NCBI GenBank assembly: GCA_000934665.2
Contig: KZ538565.1
Location: forward strand, 62,001-120,465
Direction: 5' to 3'
DNA from: Catajapyx aquilonaris
Lineage: Eukaryota
DNA length: 58,465 nt
The notes under the pieces: generated by a model
Told to the model about the DNA's origin: nothing
The model's input: the letters and a program-made list of their open reading frames with translations, nothing else
Databases searched by the model: none
Program-made: the position numbers and the translations under genes
Part shown: in pieces, positions 49,261-58,465 of the stretch
How positions within the stretch are numbered: the first letter of the stretch is position 1
Layout of the letters: each line of letters starts with the position of its first letter

Positions 49261-51553
49261 CTTAAACTGGCTGGGGGTGTTGATATTGATAGTGTACACC
49301 AGTTGGGTGCAGAGACTGAATGTAGTAGTGAACAGTAAAGTATGTGAAAATGCATTGAGAATGTGGAGGTACAAATGTTACACAACAACCTACAACCCCT
49401 ATTCGTACATACAGTACATGCCGCTGCAAGAAATGTCATAATTAGCTTCCCCCTCCTTTCGATACGACTCTCCCGACCTTCACCGACCTGTGACCTTTCC
49501 CTGTGGCATCTTCCCGGGTCCAGATGATCCCTAGGAGGCAGAGATATAAGGCGGGATTCCCTTGATCGAACAGGGAACAATGGGAAAGAAATGGAAGCCA
49601 TCTTGGAAAGAAAGAGTATCGATACCATCGATACGACGAGTGTGACGTCACGTATCGATATATTTTGAATGCGGGGTTTCTTCGATTATTTTTTTTCGCC
49701 TTTTCGCCTCCTGCGGCCAAGAATGTCCTCCGAGGTCAAGTCCAATGGGCTAAAAACCTTCATTGTTAAAAACTAAACCTAATGATGCCCCTGGGGCATA
49801 CGTCGAGGCCTCCGTATTTTGCATCCGTATCAAGGGGATATACGTTCAGAAATATGTAGGCCTATTAGTTAAATACCATAACACCCATATAGCTTTCATT
49901 ACTTACATAGCAGCCACCTGATTGCAATATTTAGGGCTTATGAATGGTTACATAAATAGCCTGCATAAAAAGATTCTGCCATTGAGCGTATTTTTGACGC
50001 CCTCTTCATGTAATTAACCCTCTTGTCTCTTGATGAGGTAACATGACACCGTTGCCATCTGATTCAATAGCAACTGACCTTCCGTGTATAGAGCCTAATT
50101 TTCTCCATCCAAAGTGTGTCGAATCCCATACGTATCTGAGGCAGTGACACGCACAATTATTTGGAGGCGAATACGTCAAGTATTGACACATTGTGTTGTC
50201 ATTATGATTAACCTGAATAATTCACACTGTTGCAGGCAGTGTGTGCTGTACTTAATTTTCTGACCGTTTTGTCATTCTTTAAAACCCACCAAAGGCTTAT
50301 GTGTTGTTGTTTCTAATTTTTTTATAAATTTCTTGTTATGTTGTTGTCAAAAACTCAGCTAATCTGCAATAGTTTAAAATGATTTACATTTCACTGTTTA
50401 GGCCTACCTGTCTTTTCTTGTTGGGGAATCAGAATGTGCACATTTGGGGGGTCACGAATTTCACGAGGCAATTTTTTGGGGTACCAATCAGAATGATTGG
50501 GCTGGTCTTGCTGACAGTATCGCCAGGAAGGGAGATCACACAATTCCGGAATATGTTGGTACAGAGAGAAAATAATCACAATGTGACAAAACACCAACAG
50601 AAGGCGGTGTGCGTAATAATGCAACAATGAAATTGTCGGCAAGAGGGTTTCGAAAGTGGCTGACAAGAGAAAATATTTAGGCACAACATTACACTGTGGG
50701 ATAACTTCTTTTGAATAATTATGTCATCTGGAATATCACAGAAAAAATCAATCCTGATTATATTTATTGGTGTAACTTCTCATGCCCTCAATCAAATAAC
50801 GACACAGTAAATAGAATCGTTATCAAACTACATCATGTCACTGCAACAGAAGCAGTTTATTTGTCAGTGGAAATGGTGCAGTAAGAAGACGATTAGGTAA
50901 AAATATTAATGAGTTTTGCAATTCTCTGAACCCCTCCCCCCATCATCACGTATAATTATGACTGCATGCTGGAAAGACATGCATCATAGTTAGGCGCATA
51001 TGTCCTGCTTCGGAATTGTCGTCTGTTAGTCTTTGTCGTGTCCTGCTACGGTCTGCAATATTTTAGACGTACAGTAAACTGCTACACACGTATGATAACT
51101 ACGAGTAGTAACGACCATGTTTGCCCTTCGTACTCGGAAATTATTATGCTACTTTTAGATCACATTTCAAGAATGGACAAGATGCTCCATATTTTATTTT
51201 TTATAACCTCAAGAACATAATTATGTTGATGTATCAGGTCCAGCAACTATCTGTCAGATTTAATACATTACATAATTTCATGAAATACTGGCTGTGCACA
51301 CCCTTATTCCGGCCACACCAGATCTTGCTCAAATGACGTGTCCGAAGCCATCACTCCCTTGAGTACGCAGCATTTCAGTTACACTCCCTCTGACTTAGCA
51401 GTGCCAGTGCCAACACTGGTACTGTTAAATTAGCAGTAACTAGCAGTGGGACAAAAATTCCATCCTATATTTTTATACACTGTCACATGTAAGCTTATAA
51501 TTTATTATATACCGCATATCAGGTTAATACATTCTCAGAGTAAGTGGCAGGCT

Positions 51554-51688
51554 CTAGTCAGATTGAGTGGTGGCAATTGTTGTTTTAATTGTTGATGTCA
51601 AAGAAGCATCTTTGCCATCCTCCATAGCCGCTTCCGCTCCCTTGAACTGCGCAAGTACAATCAAATATGTAGTCACAGCACCCAACAC
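51554..51688 (-). CDS. Gustatory receptor A, exon 4 (terminal)
   Basis: Translates VLGAVTTYLIVLAQFKG...TQSD then TAG; carries the GR TM7 signature TYhhhhhQF. Acceptor TTGCAG. Confidence 0.93.
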   Translation of the reverse strand: MLGAVTTYLIVLAQFKGAEAAMEDGKDASLTSTIKTTIATTQSD

Positions 51689-52178
51689 CTGCAATATATT
51701 GTTCGATTATTGTTTATAGTATTACAGCCTCTAAAAATATTAATCGACGGGTGCAGATAATGAAATATGAAAGGGAAATAATTGGAAATAATATGGAAGC
51801 AAAATCCAATGTTATGTACAATAGTTACAGAATAAAAATATCAATAATTGTATAATCCTCCATAATATCAATTACATTGTGTCATAAGTGTGCGCATGAT
51901 ATAAGAGTATTATCCAGTTGTCTAAACTCTACAGTAGCCTACTGTACCAACATGTGAAAGTTGAAGCGAACAATCATAAATCCATCAGCTTATCTAGCTT
52001 CTTTCATGAAATGACAATCACTTTAGTAAAAATGTATAGTTAAAAGTTATTGCCTACATATTGTGTTGGTACTTGCAAAACAAACATAACGGCACAGTAC
52101 CATGAGAAATTATAAAAAATGTATCTGCAATACAATAGTAGGCCCCTACTTAATAAGAGTAATGCAATGGACACTCAC

Positions 52179-52268
52179 AGCTGTCATGAGGCCACGATTG
52201 ATGGCGAAATAACTGGCTGCAGTTATCTCAATGGGAGGACCAGTCATCTTCTGGATTAAGGCCTCGAT
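52179..52268 (-). CDS. Gustatory receptor A, exon 3
   Basis: TTTCAG|IEALIQKMTGPPIEITAASYFAINRGLMTA|GTGAGT; 90 nt, phase 0; has the hTA.xYF.hNR motif typical of GRs. Confidence 0.93.
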
Positions 52269-52357
52269 CTGAAATCAAAAGATTTGTTATTAACACTAGT
52301 GTATCATCGCAGTAGAAGGAGTTTTAATAACATTTATGTGCTAGCGTGATTGTTTAC

Positions 52358-52426
52358 CTGTGATTTAATATGCGGATTGCTAACAAGCCGATTGACCTCT
52401 ATGAGGCGTGTCAATGACGTTGTGCT
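52358..52426 (-). CDS. Gustatory receptor A, exon 2
   Basis: TTTTCAG|STTSLTRLIEVNRLVSNPHIKSQ|GTAAAC; 69 nt, phase 0. Confidence 0.9.
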
Positions 52427-52484
52427 CTGAAAATCAAGAACCTCATTACAGTCGTCTGATTTGTTGAGTATGTTGCTGCCTTAC

Positions 52485-53468
52485 CTGACGTGGAATTGAT
52501 CCCAATATTCCAGTGAAGGTCACCATTGATGATATCACCGCAACAATGACAGTAGCTGTCGAAATGTAAATTACTGTTTTTCCCATGTGCACCACAAGCA
52601 AGTAGAAAAGACAGCTAGTGATCCACACGACAAATATCAAGTAAGTGATCATGATGGACGTCCCGTAGATATTGTCCATGTTCTCGACCAAATGGGACAG
52701 TTCGAAGAAAAGGTCGGCCAAAAAGGTCACATCTCGCCTGACGCTGAGGTCATGCTGTACCATTGTAGATGAGCATAAAGAACTGCATATCTCCATGATA
52801 CGAGCGTTGAAGCATTGCAGCTGTGATCGTACAATGATCGCCAGGAATGTGATCTGAACAAGAATGAAGTTGAACAGGAACAAGGCGTGCAAACTAAGTA
52901 TAAAGTAAAACCAATCGTACCAGTCATCGGCTGACCGCCAATAAACAATCCCAGGAAATTGTTCGACCAAAGAAATCAAGAAGCACCCTACCACCAAGAT
53001 CACAGAATATTTCTTCAATTTCGTGTCGATGCACACACGGAGTTGAGAGAAAAGGTGAAGGAGCTTCCAGATGTTGTACACTTTCACTTGAATCCAGATG
53101 TAGTTAATCCATGGGGTACCCAAAATGATGGCAGTCATGGTCATGGCAGTGGCCCTCTGCGTGGGATCCGTGGACATGATTTTAACCCACAATGGGGGTG
53201 TCTTACAGATTAGGATTACGATATATGTGGCCAGGAGCAGGAAGTGGATGATGGTGGGCCACCGTCTCTGCCACTTCCAACTGACGTCACTCTTCTTTCT
53301 GGGCCACGGGTAAGGAGAGATCCCTCCGAATACTGCCAAAAGTGCCACGGGTCTGGCCACACTCCAAAACACTCTCTCATTTTTTCTACCTACTTCATCT
53401 TCATCGTTCTCCTTTGATGGGGTCACAGTGGATGGCGTACCGTGCACTGATTCCCATTGGTCCCTCAT
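52485..53468 (-). CDS. Gustatory receptor A, exon 1 (7tm chemoreceptor; full protein 425 aa)
   Basis: 984-nt exon with about 6 hydrophobic segments; donor CAG|GTAAGG. A long first exon plus three phase-0 3' introns is the typical arthropod GR structure. Confidence 0.93.
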
Positions 53469-54139
53469 ATTGAATTCAATTCTCTATAATATAGCCTATG
53501 ATATTGTAATGTAGCCTACATCTAAAGAGAATCAACACGAATATCCGCTATATGCGTTCGCTTAAGAGCAGTCAATGAGACGCACTGAGAAGTGGTTGAC
53601 AATGACTACAAAAGGGTGTCACTATGATTCTTTTTTTCACACTCATAACATCGATCGAGTTTCGTAGGAAATACTGTAAGTTGTCATAACACATACCGCA
53701 ACTTTGGTTTCATAACAGCCACCTGATTGCTATATTCAGAGCCTACTAACAATTCACGTACGTAGATGCATGAAAATATTCCACCAATGCAATGGGTGTA
53801 AATATTTGAAGACCTCTTCGTGGAGTAACTATCTTGATGAGGTAACACACACCGTTGCCATCAATAAACAGACCTTCCGTGTCAAGAGCTGTCTCATTAC
53901 TACTGGGTATCTTTATAGGTGATGAAACCATACAGCTAGACTGGGTGTTTCGCTAGGTAGTCCCCCCAAAGAATCGATTATATATTTTTGATAATGTGAT
54001 GTGTGGTTTACAAGTTACCTAAGTTCTTGGGATTAAAGATCTATTCGCAATAAATGCTGTACCTGACCCTCAACGACATCCATACTCACTCGAACTCGAC
54101 TCGACCCGACTCTCATTATTATCGAAGATCCTCCGCAGC

Positions 54140-54970
54140 ATATCCTCATGAATGGTCCAGATTGCTGCACTTTTGTTGCTTTCCAAGTCTTCTAACCTCG
54201 AGGCTCACTGTTGCAAGAACAATTCTTCAAATATCCCTTATTCACGGCTATTTTGACAGGTGGAAACAGGAAACCCGGTTTCTTGCGACAAATTCGTGTG
54301 ACTTTTACGGGTCATTCCAACAGCCTGTGCTTCACTGTTTTGATTTTTTCTTTGAAGTCATCTACCACTTTAGTATAAAGGCCGGTCCCGGCAGCATAAT
54401 TAAACCACTCTGTACACTAGCTACAGAGAGCCTCGTAAGCCCCTCCTTCCCTCGCTCTGATTGGTTCTGCTTTTTGCGGGATGTTATAAGATCTCTGGTT
54501 ACTTTGGACGACATGAGCTCCATCTGTTGTTCTAAAAATGTAAATACGGTAATCGGTGGCATGCCTAACCTATCCTTACCCGCTCAAACATGTCTGGAGT
54601 TACGGTTGCAGGCTTTTCCCGCAGGTGCTGGACATCACGAATCTTCTCACCATGCATGTGCGATCACAAAAAAGTCCGTCTGGGCGTCTGGTGGCTAGGC
54701 ATAGGGAAATGTCTCATTCAAGACTTCGCACACTGGGAGGCTGAACAAATGAAACTTTTCTACGGCAGGTTGATTTCATGGATGATGCGAATTTTTAATT
54801 TGAATCATCAAGAACAAAGTGTGTGGTGTAGAGATCCGAGATATTCAGGACCTACGGGATAGGATCGCAACGGGAGCTCCAGATATGATTGAGCGGGTTG
54901 GGCGCGGGACAGAATACCGTCTTTTTTTACCTGCTGAGCGACGAATAGAGCCATACCAACACTTTAGACC
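54140..54970 (+). mobile_element. Highly degraded Tc1/mariner-superfamily transposase remnant
   Basis: The peptide IQDLRDRIATGAPDMIERVGRGTEYRL resembles the C-terminus of insect mariner-like transposases. Upstream frames show only weak traces, and a shared repeat interrupts it at about 54380-54500. Confidence 0.4.
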
Positions 54971-55681
54971 TCTCTTAGCATTTCAAAACTTATATAAAAA
55001 AGTTACAAAAGTTACAAAAAGTTACACAATATTTTATAGTAAGTGAAATGGTGCAGTAAGAAAGACGATTAGGTAAATATTAATGAGTTTTGCAATTCTC
55101 TTAACCCCTCCCCACCATCAGATATGCCTGCATGCTGGAAAGACAAGCTTCATAGTTAGGCAGATGTCCTGCTTCTGAATTGTCGTCTGTTGGTCTTTGT
55201 AGTGTCGTGCTGCGGTCTGCAATTTCAGACGTACCGTACACTGCTATACACACCTATGATAACTAACGACCATGTTTGCCCTTCGTACTCGGAAATTATT
55301 ATGCTACTTTTAGATTAATTAGATCACATGTAAAAAATGGACACGATGCTCCATATCATATTTTTTATAGCCTCAAGAACATACAGTATGTTGATGTATC
55401 AGGTCCAGTAGCTGTCTGTCAGATTTAATACATTCAATAATTTAATGAAATACTGGTTCTACACAACCACATGTCCAAAGCCATCACTCCCTTGCGTACA
55501 GAGCATTTACACTCCCTCTGACTTAGCAGTGCCAGTGCTAACTCTGGTACCGTTAAATTAGCAGTAACTAGCAGTGGGACGAAAATTCCATCCTATATTT
55601 TTATACCCTGTCACATGTAAGCTTATAATTTAGTATATACCGCATATCAGGTTAACACATTCTCTGAGTAAGTGGCAGGCT

Positions 55682-55816
55682 CTAGTAGGGCTGAGTGGTG
55701 ACAATTGTTGTTTTAATTGTTGATGTAAAAGAAGCATCTTTGCCAGCCACCATAGCCGCTTCCGCTCCCTTGAACTGCGCAAGTACAATCAAATATGTAG
55801 TCACAGCACCCAACAC
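55682..55816 (-). CDS. Gustatory receptor B, exon 4 (terminal)
   Basis: Translates VLGAVTTYLIVLAQFKG...TTQPY then TAG. Confidence 0.93.
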   Translation of the reverse strand: MLGAVTTYLIVLAQFKGAEAAMVAGKDASFTSTIKTTIVTTQPY

Positions 55817-56293
55817 CTGCAATATATTGTTCGATTATTGTTTATAGTTATAGTCAGAAAATATTAATTGACGGGTGAAGATAATGAAATATGAAATGGA
55901 AATAATCGGAAATAATATGGAAGCAAACATCATTATTATGTTTAATAACCACAGAATAAAAATCAAAAATGGTATAATACTCCATAATATCAATTACATT
56001 GTGTAATAAGTGTGCGCATAATATGACAATATTTTCCAGTTGTCTAATCTCTACAGTAGCCCACTGTACCAGCATGTGAAAGTTGAAGCGAACAATCATA
56101 AATCCATCAGCTTATCCAGCTTCAGTCGTGAGATGACAATCTTTTTAGTAAAATTATATTAAGTCAAAAGTTATTGCCTGCATATTGTGTTGGTACTTGC
56201 AAAACAAACATACCGGTACAATACCATCATAAATTATAAAAAAATGAACCTGCAATACAATAGTACTTAATAAGTAATGCAATGCACACTCAC

Positions 56294-56383
56294 AGCTGTC
56301 ATGAGGCCACGATTGATGGCGAAATAACTGGCTGCAGTTATCTCGATGGGCGGACCCGTCATCTTCTGGATTAAGGCCTCGAT
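56294..56383 (-). CDS. Gustatory receptor B, exon 3
   Basis: IEALIQKMTGPPIEITAASYFAINRGLMTA with AG/GT boundaries, phase 0. Confidence 0.93.
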
Positions 56384-56475
56384 CTGAAATCAAAATATTT
56401 GTTATTGACACTAGTGTATCATCACAATAGAAGTACTAGTTTTAATAACATTCATGTCCTAGCGTGATGATTTAC

Positions 56476-56544
56476 CTCTGATTTAATATGCGGATTGCTA
56501 ACAATCCGATTGATCTCTATGAGGCGTGTCAATGACTTTGTGCT
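56476..56544 (-). CDS. Gustatory receptor B, exon 2
   Basis: STKSLTRLIEINRIVSNPHIKSE with AG/GT boundaries, phase 0. Confidence 0.9.
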
Positions 56545-56602
56545 CTGAAAATCAAGAACCTCATTACAGTCGTCTGATTTGTTCAGTATGTTGCTGCCTT
56601 AC

Positions 56603-57586
56603 CTGACGTGGTATTGATCCCAAAATCCCAGTGAAGGTCACCATTGATGATATCACCGCAACAATGACAAAAGCTGTCGAAATGTAACTTTCTGTTTTTG
56701 CCATGTGCATCACAAGCAAGTAGAAAAGACAGCTAGTGCTCCACACGACAAAGATCAAGTAAGTGATCATGATGGACGTCCCGTAGATATTGTCCATGTT
56801 CTCGACCAAATGGGACAGTTCAAAGAAAAGGTCGCCCAAAAAGGTCAACTCTCGCCTGACGGTGAGGTCATGCTGTACCATTGTAGACGAACATAAAGAA
56901 CTGCAAAGCTCCATGATACGAGCGTTGAAGCATTGCAGCTTTGATCGTACAATGATCGCCAGGAATGTGATCTGAACAAGAATCAAGTGGAACAGGAACG
57001 TGGCGTGCAAACAAAGTAGCAAGAAAAACCAATCGTGCCAGTCATCGGCTGACCGCCAATGAACAATCCGAGGAAATTGTTCAACCGAAGAAATCAAGAA
57101 GCACCCTGCCACCATGATCACAGAATATTTCTTCAATTTCGTGTCGATGCACACACGGAGTTGAGAGAAAAGGTGAAAGAGCTTCCAGATCTTGGACACT
57201 TTCACTTGAATCCAGATGTAGTTAATCCATGGGATAATCAAAACGATGGCATATCCAGTCAAGGAAGTGGCCTTCTGCGTTGGATCACTGGACATGATTT
57301 TAAACCACAATGGTGGGGGCTTACATATTACTATTACGATGTATGTAGCCAGGAGCATGAAGTGGATGATTGTGGGCCACCGTCTCTGCCACTTCCAACT
57401 GACGTCATTCTTCTTCCTGGGCCACGGGTAAGGAGAGATCCCTCCGAACACTGCCAAAATGGCCATTGGTCTGGCCACACTCCAAAAGACTCTCTCATTT
57501 TTTCTACCTACTTCATCTTCATCGTTCTCCTTTGATGGAGTCACAGTGGATGACGTATCGAGCACTGATTCCCACTGATCCCTCAT
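56603..57586 (-). CDS. Gustatory receptor B, exon 1 (full protein 425 aa)
   Basis: 984-nt paralogue of GR-A exon 1, colinear without indels; donor CAG|GTAAGG. Confidence 0.93.
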
Positions 57587-58465
57587 AATGAAAGCAATTC
57601 TCTATTACGTAGCCTATAATATTGTAATGTAGCCTACATCTAAAGAGAATCAACAGGAATATCCGCTATATGCGTTCGCTTAAGAGCAGACAATGAGACG
57701 CTCTGATAAGTGAATGACGTTGACTACAAAAGGGTGTCACTATATGATTCTTTTTTCACACTCATAACATCTATCGAGTTTCGTAGGAAGTAATGTAGCC
57801 TAAGTTGTCATAACCTATATCGCAACTTTGCTTTGATAACCAGCCGCCTGATTGCGATATTCAGAGCCAACTAACTGTTCACATACGTAGATACATGAAA
57901 ATATTCCACCAATTGGTGTAAATATTTGACGGCCTCTTCGTGGAGAAACTATCTTGAAGGAAGTAACACAATACCGTTGCCATCAATAAACCGACCGTCC
58001 GTGTCTAGAGCTGCCTCATTACTACGGTACCTTTTCAGGTGAAACCATACAGCTAGACTTGGTGTTTCACTAGGTATTCCCCCCCCCCCCCCAACAAATC
58101 GACTATATATTTTCTTACCACTCTACTTCTTCATATGTCCTCCATACTGCAGTATTGCCCTGACACAAAGAACAAATGCATATTGCATGGTACTGTACTT
58201 ATTACACTTGAATCCGGATATAACAACCTCGGCTATAACAGGCTTTCGAATATCAAGGCCGGTCCCAGCAGCACAATTATCACTATCCTGTACATAGGTA
58301 GAGAGACAGGCCACGTAAGACCCTCCTTCCCTCGCTCTGATTGGTTCTGCTTTTGGCGGGTTGTTATATGATCTCTGGTCGCGTAGGACGATATGAGCTG
58401 GGTCATTCCATGTCAATTCACCGAGCTTTTAAGGAAAATTGACCCTTGGGTTGTCAGATTTTGAC

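Larger units (their letters stand above)
50870..58115. repeat. Tandem segmental duplication carrying GR-A (about 50870-53990) and GR-B (about 55045-58115)
   Basis: Homology begins at GAAATGGTGCAGTAAGAA in both copies and covers the 3' flank, introns and 5' flank; offset about 4.1 kb. Confidence 0.9.

Noticed and set aside
50391..50684. Peptide HYYAHRLLLV resembling the hAT transposase C..H.LNL motif
   Set aside because: A single short motif with no other supporting blocks visible; would need an HMM search.
52446..52484. GR ORF tails VRQQHTQQIRRL (also 56564-56602)
   Set aside because: Intron read-through; splicing at CAG|GTAAGG yields the canonical GR C-terminus.

Overview
Eukaryotic (arthropod, probably insect) genomic DNA from a gapped assembly; the N-runs abut poly-C/G tracts. 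Contents: (1) an intact tRNA-Asn(GTT) at 841-914 (-). (2) A complete brakeless/scribbler (sbb/bks/mtv; ZNF608/ZNF609 family) gene on +, with 7 coding exons from 14865 to 43675. All introns are GT-AG and phase-consistent, giving 5082 nt and 1693 aa by hand assembly. (3) Two intact, recently duplicated 425-aa gustatory receptor (GR) genes on -, plus a third GR copy that is broken next to a Helitron remnant. (4) Introns and intergenic DNA densely filled with MITEs (several with verifiable 8-bp or 3-bp TSDs), a tRNA-derived SINE, degenerate minisatellite arrays and long inverted repeats. The most interesting hypotheses concern post-transcriptional control of sbb. There is a chain of overlapping stop-start uORFs ending on the main ATG. 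There is a candidate internal promoter and first exon that is in frame only if exons 2-3 are skipped, and those two exons are bracketed by inverted copies of one repeat. There is also an in-frame, stop-free 81-nt intron. All family assignments are from motif recognition by eye; no database searches, alignments or folding programs were run.
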